Part shown: piece after piece, positions 7,589-18,032 of the stretch | Layout: each line of letters starts with the position of its first letter | Numbering within the stretch: position 1 is the stretch's first letter | NCBI GenBank assembly: GCA_019429045.1 | Contig: JAHYJL010000002.1 | Span: 1 to 53,957, forward strand | DNA length: 53,957 bases | Direction of reading: 5' to 3' | Source of the DNA: Bacteroidales bacterium | GTDB taxonomy: Bacteria; Bacteroidota; Bacteroidia; Bacteroidales; JAGOPY01 | The notes under the pieces: model-generated | Told to the model about the DNA's origin: nothing | Seen by the model: only the letters and a program-made list of their open reading frames with translations | The model's database searches: none | Program-made: the position numbers and the translations under genes

Positions 7589-8749
7589 TTATCCATTTAG
7601 CCAGCTTTTAAAATAACCGGGATCTTCTATTTCAAGCGCAGCGCGGGTGATTTTCAGCGGCCGGAAGGTATCGACCATGACAGCGAGTTCCCGGGTCTCT
7701 TTCTGCCCGAGGCTTTTTTCCACTGTTCCGGGATGCGGTCCGTGCGGAATGCCAATCGGGTGCAGGGTGATCTGACCGCGCTCCACATGTTTGCGGCTCA
7801 TGAATTCGCCATCGACATAATACAGCACTTCATCCGAATCCACATTACTATGATTATAGGGAACGGGAATGGCCAGCGGATGATAATCGTACATCCTGGG
7901 CACAAAAGCACAGGTTACGAAATTATTCCCATCGAAAGTCTGATGCACGGGAGGAGGCTGGTGAATCCGGCCGGTAATCGGTTCAAAATCATGAATGGAT
8001 AATGCGTAAGGGTAATGATATCCATCCCATCCGATCGCATCAAAGGGGTGCGAGGCGTAATGATAAGGATACACCAGGTCCTGTTTTTTCACCATGACCA
8101 CAAAATCTCCCTTTTCGTCATGGGTTTCAAGCTCCTGCGGTTTACGGATATCCCTTTCATAATAAGGCGCATGTTCCAGCAGTTGTCCGGCATCGTTGAC
8201 GTACCGCTTTGGAAAACGGTAAGGACCAAAGGATTCAACAATAAACAACCGGTTATCCTTTGTCGAAAAATCGAGCCTGTATATTACTCCCCGGGGAATG
8301 ATCAGGTGGTCGCCATAGCGAAAAGGTATATTGCCGTAAATGGTCTTCAGCACTCCTTCGCCCTGGTGGACAAAGACCATTTCATGTCCGTCTGAATTTT
8401 TAAAGAAATGATCCCCTCCCCACTGTTCCGGCGCCGCGAGATGGATATATACGTCGTCGTTGACCAGCACAGCTTTGCGGCTCCTGATATAATCCCCTTC
8501 CGGTTTGACCTTAAATCCCTGGAAGCTACGATGCTGCATATTTTTCTCCAAGGCAATTTCCGGTGCAACTGAAAATGGTTCTTCAATTTCCCTGATTCTT
8601 GTCGGCGGATAATGGTGATACACCAGGGAATATTCGGCTGAAAAGCCTTCCGTTGACACAAGCTGCTCGGCATATAGGTTTCCGTCCGGCTTGCGAAATT
8701 GAATATGTCGCTTGGGAGGGATATCTCCCAGTTTATGATAATGTGGCAT
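7589..8749 (-). CDS. hmgA: homogentisate 1,2-dioxygenase
   Basis: 386 aa cupin-type dioxygenase (MPHYHKLGDIPPKRH...). Its length and its context upstream of hppD and fahA fit bacterial HmgA. Confidence 0.92.
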   Translation of the reverse strand: MPHYHKLGDIPPKRHIQFRKPDGNLYAEQLVSTEGFSAEYSLVYHHYPPTRIREIEEPFSVAPEIALEKNMQHRSFQGFKVKPEGDYIRSRKAVLVNDDVYIHLAAPEQWGGDHFFKNSDGHEMVFVHQGEGVLKTIYGNIPFRYGDHLIIPRGVIYRLDFSTKDNRLFIVESFGPYRFPKRYVNDAGQLLEHAPYYERDIRKPQELETHDEKGDFVVMVKKQDLVYPYHYASHPFDAIGWDGYHYPYALSIHDFEPITGRIHQPPPVHQTFDGNNFVTCAFVPRMYDYHPLAIPVPYNHSNVDSDEVLYYVDGEFMSRKHVERGQITLHPIGIPHGPHPGTVEKSLGQKETRELAVMVDTFRPLKITRAALEIEDPGYFKSWLNG

Positions 8750-8783
8750 AATATGTTATTTTAGTCCGACCTGGGAGACGATA

Positions 8784-9770
8784 TCATTCGATTCCGGCAA
8801 AATGCTTCATAAATTGTACCCGTTCATAGGCTGCAGGATTACTGGCCTCTTTATAACTGAGCATGCCGATAAAGTCACTGGTGGAATTGAACTGGTGCTT
8901 CGCCATCCATTCATCCATTTCCTTCAGCATTACCCCGATCTGCTCAAAACCTTTTTTATACAGCACACTGGCCACCTGTACCGCTTTGGCCCCGGCCAGC
9001 ATGAGTTTGATGGCCCCTGTGCCATCGTGAACCCCGGTTGATGCAGCAATATCACAGTGCACCTTATCCGAAAGCATGGCAACCCATCGCAACGGCAGGG
9101 ATATCTCCGCAGGAGTGCTGAAAACATTTGAAGAGGTCACCTCAAACTTATCGATATCGATATCGGGGGAAAAGAAACGGTTGAAGAGCACCAATCCTTT
9201 AATTCCGGTCCAGGAAAGCTGCAATGTCATGTTCGTCAGGCCTGAGAAATAATTGCTGATCTTGGCGGCAACCGGTATGCTCACCTGTTTCATGACCGCC
9301 TGGGTGATATCAAAGTAGACCTGCTCAAGTTGCTCCGCTTTACGCCGGGGATCGGAAGGCAGAACGAAGATATTCAGCTCCAGTGCATCAGCGCCGGCAT
9401 CCTGTATTTTTTTTGAAAATGTAACCCACTCCGAAGAAGAAACGCAATTAATGCTGGCAATAACCGGAATCTTCACTTTCTTTTTCGCATCCCGCATGAG
9501 ATTCAGGTATTTCTCAAGGTCGTTTTCCCGGGTATAATGGCTGATGTAATCAAGGGCTTCCGGATAGGCATTCAGATTATCGTCATGACCCATCGTCTTG
9601 TTAATGGCATAGCTGATCTGCTCTTCAAAAAGAGATTTTAATACTACCGCGCCGGCACCGCTTTCTTCAAGTTTTACAATATTATCAACGGAATTGGTAA
9701 GGCCTGAACTCCCTGCAATAATAGGATTTCTCAACACAAGACCCATAAAAAGGGTGGAAAGTTTGGACAT
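8784..9770 (-). CDS. dihydroorotate dehydrogenase-like (PyrD-family FMN TIM-barrel) protein
   Basis: 328 aa. LRNPIIAGSSGLTNS...GAGAVVLKSLFEEQI resembles class-1 DHOD-like proteins. A GGAGG lies 7 nt upstream of the ATG. Confidence 0.75.
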   Translation of the reverse strand: MSKLSTLFMGLVLRNPIIAGSSGLTNSVDNIVKLEESGAGAVVLKSLFEEQISYAINKTMGHDDNLNAYPEALDYISHYTRENDLEKYLNLMRDAKKKVKIPVIASINCVSSSEWVTFSKKIQDAGADALELNIFVLPSDPRRKAEQLEQVYFDITQAVMKQVSIPVAAKISNYFSGLTNMTLQLSWTGIKGLVLFNRFFSPDIDIDKFEVTSSNVFSTPAEISLPLRWVAMLSDKVHCDIAASTGVHDGTGAIKLMLAGAKAVQVASVLYKKGFEQIGVMLKEMDEWMAKHQFNSTSDFIGMLSYKEASNPAAYERVQFMKHFAGIE

Positions 9771-9840
9771 TTCGCCTCCTCTATTTAAATGTAAGATTCT
9801 CCGTCTGATTTGGATTGCAACATATCAATTTGAACAAAGG

Positions 9841-9848
9841 CAAATTTA
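9841..9848 (-). promoter_or_regulatory. candidate -7 box (TAAATTTG)
   Basis: Matches TAnnTTTG on the - strand, about 70 nt upstream of the DHOD-like ATG 9770. Confidence 0.4.
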
Positions 9849-9883
9849 AGGATAAATTTATTTCGGCAAAGCATCCGATCAAC

Positions 9884-11506
9884 TTAACCGATATTAAATT
9901 TTCGAAAAGTGTCTTCATCCTGCAACATCTCCACCGCCTGGTTAAATTCATTATCGATGACCAGCATAATCTGGTAATATGCATTGATATCCCATAAATT
10001 TCTGGCAATAAGCGCTTTAATCTGCGTTTTGATCAGCAATTGTGACACTTCCCAATCCTCCTTATTAAATTTAACCCCCTCTTCTTCAACTCTGGCCAGG
10101 AAACGCCTCAGAACTTCTCCTTCCGCCTGAAAGTCATCTTTGAACTGATCTACTGATTGATACTCTTCATGCAACCGGGTCCTGTTCTCCACAACATAAT
10201 CAAGCGTAAAGGAGTTGATCAGCCCCTTTCTCCGGATTTCGACGTAATAATCTGAAAACATGGTAGAATCCCACGGGATAAAAACATCAGGCATGATCCC
10301 TCCCCCACCGTAAACAGTTCTGCCTTTGATAGTGGAAAATTTCAAAGAATCAGGAAATGCAATGCTGTCGGCATAAATGAATTCACCACGCCGGTACCTG
10401 TCCCGCATATCACGGTAATATTCTTCTGATCCGTTTTCATAAGGTCTTTGAATGGATCTTCCGGAGGGGGTGAAATAACGGGCCGTGGTAAGCCGGATCA
10501 CCGATCCGTCGGGCAGGCTGAAAGGACGTTGGACCAGCCCTTTTCCAAAGGATCTACGGCCGATCACCAGTCCCCTGTCAAGATCCTGCACAGCCCCCGA
10601 TACAATTTCACTGGCAGAAGCAGAAGCTTCGTCGATGATAACGACCAGGCTTCCTCTCTTGAATGTTCCGGCAGGGGTTGCATAATAATTCTGTCGCAGA
10701 CTGTTAAGTCCCTCGGTATAAACGATCAGCTTACCCATATCAATAAATTCATCGGCCAGTTCAACGGCGATGTTTAAAAACCCGCCAGAATTACCCCTGA
10801 GGTCCAGGATCAGTTTGGACATACCCTGGCTTTTCAGGTTTTCAATGGCTACGGTAAATTCATCGATGGAAGTTTTAGAAAAGCGGTTCAAACGTATATA
10901 ACCTATTTCGGGGGCAGCTATAAAACTGGCATCGATAGAGTTAAGGGGTATCTTGTCCCTTTCTATTGTAAAATTCATCAAATCTGCTCTGCCTCTTCGG
11001 GCAATGGAAACATCAACCGTGGTTCCTTTCTTTCCCCTTAACCTTTCCATCACCCATTCATTGTTGATATCGCTTCCCGTTGCATTCTCCCCGTTGATCA
11101 CAACGATTTTATCTCCAGACAGAATACCCAGCTTTTCCGACGGGCCTCCCGGAACCGGGGAAATGACCAGGATTGTATCGTGATAAATCTGAAATGTCAC
11201 GCCGATGCCATCGAAACTACCTTCTAACGGTTCATTGGCTTTCCTGACATCTTCCTTTGAAATATATGAAGAATGAGGATCCAGATTTTTCAGGGATTTC
11301 ACAATGGCATCCGTGACAACTTCCTGCATATTGATGCTATCGACATAGGCCAGTTCGATGATCTGCATGGCTGCGATCAGTTTCTGAATTTCCTGCCTGC
11401 CGGTTACGCTTTGTCCATATGATCCGGTAACAGTAGAGAAAATGAAAAGCAATACAAGGATCAATACATTGATTCGGCTATTTCGAAAGATTTTCTGGTG
11501 AAGCAT
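9884..11506 (-). CDS. S41 family C-terminal processing peptidase
   Basis: 540 aa with a signal peptide and a PDZ-like segment (PGGPSEKLGILSGDKIVVING). It has LRGNSGGFL and DEASASASEI motifs of the tail-specific protease family. Confidence 0.88.
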   Translation of the reverse strand: MLHQKIFRNSRINVLILVLLFIFSTVTGSYGQSVTGRQEIQKLIAAMQIIELAYVDSINMQEVVTDAIVKSLKNLDPHSSYISKEDVRKANEPLEGSFDGIGVTFQIYHDTILVISPVPGGPSEKLGILSGDKIVVINGENATGSDINNEWVMERLRGKKGTTVDVSIARRGRADLMNFTIERDKIPLNSIDASFIAAPEIGYIRLNRFSKTSIDEFTVAIENLKSQGMSKLILDLRGNSGGFLNIAVELADEFIDMGKLIVYTEGLNSLRQNYYATPAGTFKRGSLVVIIDEASASASEIVSGAVQDLDRGLVIGRRSFGKGLVQRPFSLPDGSVIRLTTARYFTPSGRSIQRPYENGSEEYYRDMRDRYRRGEFIYADSIAFPDSLKFSTIKGRTVYGGGGIMPDVFIPWDSTMFSDYYVEIRRKGLINSFTLDYVVENRTRLHEEYQSVDQFKDDFQAEGEVLRRFLARVEEEGVKFNKEDWEVSQLLIKTQIKALIARNLWDINAYYQIMLVIDNEFNQAVEMLQDEDTFRKFNIG

Positions 11507-11559
11507 TTTGATCAGATTTTCAAATTATATATCAGGTGAATATAGAATAATTGCCAGTA

Positions 11560-13629
11560 TCAAAACTCAAGTAACCCGATACAAGCGTTATATATTTTTT
11601 CGGCATTCGGTAAAATAGCGTTCTCCAGTATCCTGTGAAATCCTACCGGTGTGAATTCAGAACCGACCCTTTTCACCGGGGCATCAAGGAATTCAAAAGC
11701 CTCAGCCGCGATCATGGCGGCAATCTCTGCGCCGAATCCTGAAAAAACCTTATCTTCATGCAAAACCAGCGCCCTGCCGGTCTTTTTCACCGTGGCCAGG
11801 ACTGCTTCTTTATCCAGCGGTATCAGCGACCTAAGGTCGATCACCTCGATGCTCTTCCCATTTTCGTTGAAGATCTGTTCTGCAACCTGCAGTGCCATAT
11901 GGGTTGTGTTGCCGTAGGTGATGATGCTGAGATCAGTCCCTTCCCTCCTGGTGCGTGCTTTGCCGAATGGCACCTCGAAATCATCCGGAATAACGGTTTC
12001 GGCAACCGGATCATTGTACAACGCTTTGGGTTCCATGAAGACGGTGGGACCTTTGGAGCGAATGCTGGTCCTGAGCAAACCGGCAGCGTCATCGGCGAAA
12101 GAGGGATAAACGATTCGGATGCCCGGAAAAGTGGAAAGTGCCCCCTCGATCGATTGCGAATGATACAAACCTCCTCCAATATACCCGCCTGAGGCGAGCC
12201 TGATTGTAACATTGGACGCAAACTGGCCATTCGTCCGCCAGTAATCATGGGTCATCTCGACGAATTGCTCCATTGCCGGCCAGAAGTAGTCGGCAAATTC
12301 AGCGCCCTCTATTACAATCCTTATCTTAGCGTCAAAACGGCTCATACCATTGGCAGTACCCACGATATAATCTTCGGCGATAGGGGCATTGAAAACCCTT
12401 TCCCGGCCAAATTCCTGCTGCATGCCTTTGGTAACATTGAACACCCCTCCTTTCTCTTTATTTGCCAAATCCTGCCCCCAGATAAAGGTATCCGGATTGT
12501 GCCTGAATTCCTGCTTCAGGGTTTTGTTCAACGCATGGATCAGTTTCTTCTTTTCTCCTTCTGAATGGTGAATACCATCGGGGTATTTAGCCGGCTGGTA
12601 TGCTTCGGGTAAAACATAATCATGAATGGAAGCGGGATCCGGATCGGGTAACATGATCACTTTCTTGTGCGCGGCTGAAATCGTCCGTTTGGCTTGTGCG
12701 TCCAGCTCTTCCAGCTCCGGTTCGGTAAAAATGCCGGAGTATATCAATCGTTTCCTGAATTTCTCAAGCGGGTCCTGGCTCCGGGCTTCGATGATCTCAT
12801 CATTATCACGGTAAAGTTCGTGCCGGTCCGAATTGGAATGGGAATGCATCCTGACGCAATGGGCATGCACGATCACCGGCTGACTGGTTTCCAGGACATG
12901 CTGCCTGGCAACATTCATGGCATTCATGCTGCTGAATACGTCGAGGCCGTTGCAATAGATGATCCGGAGATTCTTAAAGCCTTCGAAATTGGTTGCAGCA
13001 TAATAATTGGCGGTTTGGTCCTCTTTAGGCACCGAAATACCATAACCATTATCCTGGAATACAAAGATAATCGGCAGTAGCTCATTGCTGGCACCGTTAA
13101 TCGCCTCATAAACATATCCTTCTGAGGTCGAGGATTCTCCCTGGGAGCTGATGGCCACCCCGCCTGATTTGTAATATTTCATGGCTCTGGCCACACCAAC
13201 GGCATGCAGGGTGTGGTTACCCGTGGCTGAAGAAACGTTATGAATGTTCCATGCCGGTTTGGCAAAATGGTTCGACATATGCCGGCCGCCGCTGGCAACA
13301 TCATCCTTCTTCGACAGTCCGTTCAATATTATTTCCTCTACCGTCAACCCAGCTGAAATAGTAGTGAGCATATCCCTGTAGTAAGGAAAAAGATGATCCT
13401 TTTTACGGTCGAAAACCTGGCCGATGGCAAGCTGAATGCCGTCATGTCCGGCATACGGGGCATGGTATGACCATCCCAGCGCCTGTTTCAGGTAATTCGG
13501 GGCTTTATCGTCGATCTGCCTTCCCAGCGTCATCAAGGAATACCATTTTTTCAAGGTGTCCTTATCTGTCTGCTTGATGGTATACAACTTATCGCCTTTG
13601 TTAATCCTGAGCCTCTTATTTTGATACAT
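11560..13629 (-). CDS. 2-oxoacid dehydrogenase E1 component, fused alpha/beta subunits (TPP-dependent)
   Basis: 689 aa single ORF. The N-terminal half resembles E1 alpha (TPP-binding region). The C-terminal half resembles E1 beta, the transketolase-like pyrimidine-binding and C-terminal domains. Confidence 0.85.
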   Translation of the reverse strand: MYQNKRLRINKGDKLYTIKQTDKDTLKKWYSLMTLGRQIDDKAPNYLKQALGWSYHAPYAGHDGIQLAIGQVFDRKKDHLFPYYRDMLTTISAGLTVEEIILNGLSKKDDVASGGRHMSNHFAKPAWNIHNVSSATGNHTLHAVGVARAMKYYKSGGVAISSQGESSTSEGYVYEAINGASNELLPIIFVFQDNGYGISVPKEDQTANYYAATNFEGFKNLRIIYCNGLDVFSSMNAMNVARQHVLETSQPVIVHAHCVRMHSHSNSDRHELYRDNDEIIEARSQDPLEKFRKRLIYSGIFTEPELEELDAQAKRTISAAHKKVIMLPDPDPASIHDYVLPEAYQPAKYPDGIHHSEGEKKKLIHALNKTLKQEFRHNPDTFIWGQDLANKEKGGVFNVTKGMQQEFGRERVFNAPIAEDYIVGTANGMSRFDAKIRIVIEGAEFADYFWPAMEQFVEMTHDYWRTNGQFASNVTIRLASGGYIGGGLYHSQSIEGALSTFPGIRIVYPSFADDAAGLLRTSIRSKGPTVFMEPKALYNDPVAETVIPDDFEVPFGKARTRREGTDLSIITYGNTTHMALQVAEQIFNENGKSIEVIDLRSLIPLDKEAVLATVKKTGRALVLHEDKVFSGFGAEIAAMIAAEAFEFLDAPVKRVGSEFTPVGFHRILENAILPNAEKIYNACIGLLEF

Positions 13630-13682
13630 GATTTGTCTAATTTACACCAATTAGATAACAACCAGTGAATTGAAATGTTGTG

Positions 13683-13690
13683 CAAAATTA
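13683..13690 (-). promoter_or_regulatory. candidate -7 box (TAATTTTG)
   Basis: Matches TAnnTTTG on the - strand, 53 nt upstream of the E1 ATG 13629. Confidence 0.4.
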
Positions 13691-13765
13691 ACCATATTTA
13701 AGCATTATTTTGATATAATCTAAATATGGATTATTGATAAGTGAATTACTTATTATCAGAAAGAC

Positions 13766-14329
13766 TTACTTTCTGATCATTTCAAACTCGCCGTTTTCCA
13801 GAAGACGGATAATGGTGGAAGGTTTCGTTTTGATGATAACATCCCGGTTGAAATCAACGATATGGTCGACTTTTTCTTTTATTTCGCCGGATATCCTGCT
13901 GAATGAAATGGGCGCCGGTTCACCTGAAACATTGGCAGAAGTGGATACAATGGGTTTACCGAATCCCCTGATCATTTGCCTGCAAAAATCATCTTTAACG
14001 ATTCGGATCGCGATGGTCCCATCTTTGGCCACGACATTTTTGGCCAGGTTTATCGCATGAGGGTATATGATCGTCAGTGGCTCCTGGTAGCTTAAGATCA
14101 GGTCATATGCCACAGGCGGGACTTTTTTCACATAACCGGAAATCCTGTCTACATGGTCTAAAAGAACAATCAGGCTCTTGCTTTCATAACGATGCTTGAT
14201 CCGGTAGATCTTTTCCACCGGGCGTGCCAGGGTCGCATCACATCCTATTCCCCAAATGGTATCTGTCGGGTAAAGAATGATCTTTCCCTTTTTTAGAAAT
14301 TTTACCGCTTTTTTCAGTTCCTCATCCAT
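13766..14329 (-). CDS. tsaC: L-threonylcarbamoyladenylate synthase (YrdC/TsaC family)
   Basis: 187 aa. ILYPTDTIWGIGCDA and PIVSTSANVSGEP are YrdC-domain hallmarks. Confidence 0.85.
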   Translation of the reverse strand: MDEELKKAVKFLKKGKIILYPTDTIWGIGCDATLARPVEKIYRIKHRYESKSLIVLLDHVDRISGYVKKVPPVAYDLILSYQEPLTIIYPHAINLAKNVVAKDGTIAIRIVKDDFCRQMIRGFGKPIVSTSANVSGEPAPISFSRISGEIKEKVDHIVDFNRDVIIKTKPSTIIRLLENGEFEMIRK

Positions 14330-14340
14330 TTTCGATAAAC

Positions 14341-16293
14341 TTACCGGCGTTTAGCAGCTGGCGGGTTGTAACCTTTCTTTTTTGCCATATCCTCAAGCCT
14401 TTTCTGGAAACCTGATTTTTTAACCGGTTTCAGCTTATTTTCCTGGATCTGCCGGTGAAGTTTATCTTCATCAATGACCCACCTGAATGCATACATCTGG
14501 GCAAAAGTGATCAGGTTCACCAGCAAATAGTAATAACTCAGTCCGGAGGCATAATTGTTGAATATCCCCAGGAACATGATAGGCATGATGTACATCATCG
14601 TTTTCATACCAGGCATTTGCTGGCTCCCGGTAACCATCATTTTATTATTGAGATAGGTATAAAAGATAGTAGAGATGGTCATCAGCAGCGTAAATAGGCT
14701 CACATGATCCCCGTAAAACGGAATATTGAAAGGCAGGCTGAAAACGGAATCGTAAGATGAAAGGTCATCGGCCCACAGGAAAGCCTGTTGCCTCAACTCT
14801 ATCGAAGCGGGGAAAAACCGGAACAGTGCGATCAGTATAGGCATTTGCAACAGCACCGGGATACAGCCCGACATCGGGTTCACCCCTGCTTTCTTGTACA
14901 ATGCCATCACCGCCTGCTGCTTTTTCATGGCGTCTTCCTTTTTCGGGTATTTCTGGCTCAGCTCATCTACTTCAGGTTTCAGCAGGCGCATCTTGGCCGA
15001 TGAATGATAGGTTTTGTAAGCAACAGGGAACAGAACAATTTTAAGCAGTATGGTAAGCACCAAAATGACGATCCCGTAATTCCATCCGAAACTGCCCAGG
15101 AAATTAAATACGGGCAAAACGGCAAACCGGTTTATCCAATGCATCAGGAAGAAGCTCCAACCAAGGGGGATCTGCCTTTCCAGGTCCAGGTCATATTTGC
15201 GAAGGATATTGTACTTGTTAGGGCCAAAATAGAGCGACATGCCGATCGTTTCTTCCCTGCCCCCGGTAAACGGCACACCCACTTTGTAGTAAAGCGAACG
15301 CAGATAGCGATCGCTGGGGGGGGTTGGTGATGTCGAGACCCTCATCACAGGATCGACAAAATAATTATTGGCGATTAAAGCAGAAGAGAAGAATTGTTGT
15401 TTCAGGGATACCCATTTTAATTGCACCCTCAATGATTCCTCGTCATCTTTGCTTTCCGAAAGGTATTCAACTTTATCTTTATTGACCTTATAATAAATCG
15501 TAGGACCGTTATAGGGATCGATCCTTTTTTCCTGTTTTTGCAGGTCCGCGCTCCATTCAAAATCGATATAACCCCGGACGGCATCGATCGTTTTTTCCAG
15601 GTTAACAAAATTGACATCGAACCCGAGCATGTAATTATCACCATGGATAGTGAACAGGTATTCGATATACTGGTCACCTGCATGTAATGTATCATAGGAA
15701 GCGTATAAACGCAGCGCAAACCGGGCCGTTTGATCCCCTGTAACCCTGACGGTATCGCTGTTTTCCATAAAACCGTCAAACCAAACGGGTTGAAAGTAGA
15801 GATCGGCTGTGTTGATCGTCCGGTTATTGGCAAAAAAAGTAAATCCGAATAAATTGGTGTCTGAATCGATGAGCACCAGCGGCAATCCATCCCAGGTAAG
15901 ATAATCCTTCACTTCTACATAGGTAATCTTGCCGCCATGGCTGGAAAGCCCGATTTTTAAAAAATCGTTTTCAATGAAGAATTTTTTGGATTCACCGATG
16001 GCAGAGGTTCCAAATGCGCCGAACCGGTCCTGCAACTGGGTCATATCCGGCGATGCGGTCTCGCCTGCCGGTATCCTTGTCGGTTCCGACTGTATCCGTT
16101 CCTCTGCCAGTTTTGCCTGTTCGGACTGGGATGCGATGTAAAGGGAATCGCGCGTGCGCTGCAATACAAGGATGGAGTCCTGCTTGCGCTTCCTCTCCTC
16201 AAGCTCTTCTTTCGAAGGAGCCGTGATGAAATAGTAACCGATCAGAATGGCAAAGATCAGCAGGAATCCGATTATCGTTTGTTTATTGTCCAT
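14341..16293 (-). CDS. yidC: membrane protein insertase YidC
   Basis: 650 aa with a large periplasmic domain and a C-terminal 60-kDa insertase core (GCIPVLLQMPILIALF). The pyrG-yidC arrangement is classical for Bacteroidota. Confidence 0.93.
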   Translation of the reverse strand: MDNKQTIIGFLLIFAILIGYYFITAPSKEELEERKRKQDSILVLQRTRDSLYIASQSEQAKLAEERIQSEPTRIPAGETASPDMTQLQDRFGAFGTSAIGESKKFFIENDFLKIGLSSHGGKITYVEVKDYLTWDGLPLVLIDSDTNLFGFTFFANNRTINTADLYFQPVWFDGFMENSDTVRVTGDQTARFALRLYASYDTLHAGDQYIEYLFTIHGDNYMLGFDVNFVNLEKTIDAVRGYIDFEWSADLQKQEKRIDPYNGPTIYYKVNKDKVEYLSESKDDEESLRVQLKWVSLKQQFFSSALIANNYFVDPVMRVSTSPTPPSDRYLRSLYYKVGVPFTGGREETIGMSLYFGPNKYNILRKYDLDLERQIPLGWSFFLMHWINRFAVLPVFNFLGSFGWNYGIVILVLTILLKIVLFPVAYKTYHSSAKMRLLKPEVDELSQKYPKKEDAMKKQQAVMALYKKAGVNPMSGCIPVLLQMPILIALFRFFPASIELRQQAFLWADDLSSYDSVFSLPFNIPFYGDHVSLFTLLMTISTIFYTYLNNKMMVTGSQQMPGMKTMMYIMPIMFLGIFNNYASGLSYYYLLVNLITFAQMYAFRWVIDEDKLHRQIQENKLKPVKKSGFQKRLEDMAKKKGYNPPAAKRR

Positions 16294-16327
16294 CAGGGTT
16301 GTATATCAAATATTCTAAATACGGCGG

Positions 16328-16335
16328 CAAAGATA
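16328..16335 (-). promoter_or_regulatory. candidate -7 box (TATCTTTG)
   Basis: Matches TAnnTTTG on the - strand, 34 nt upstream of the yidC ATG 16293. Confidence 0.45.
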
Positions 16336-16370
16336 TATCAAATGCAAGGAATAAGGCATAGCAGGCAATG

Positions 16371-18011
<1,641 letters not shown>

Positions 18012-18032
18012 TTATACAGATAATATCATCTG

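Noticed and set aside
13755-13777. 9-bp hairpin ATCAGAAAG-ACTTA-CTTTCTGAT overlapping the tsaC stop codon.
   Set aside because: No U-tract follows on the - strand, and the E1 promoter box lies just downstream. This is insufficient for a terminator call.
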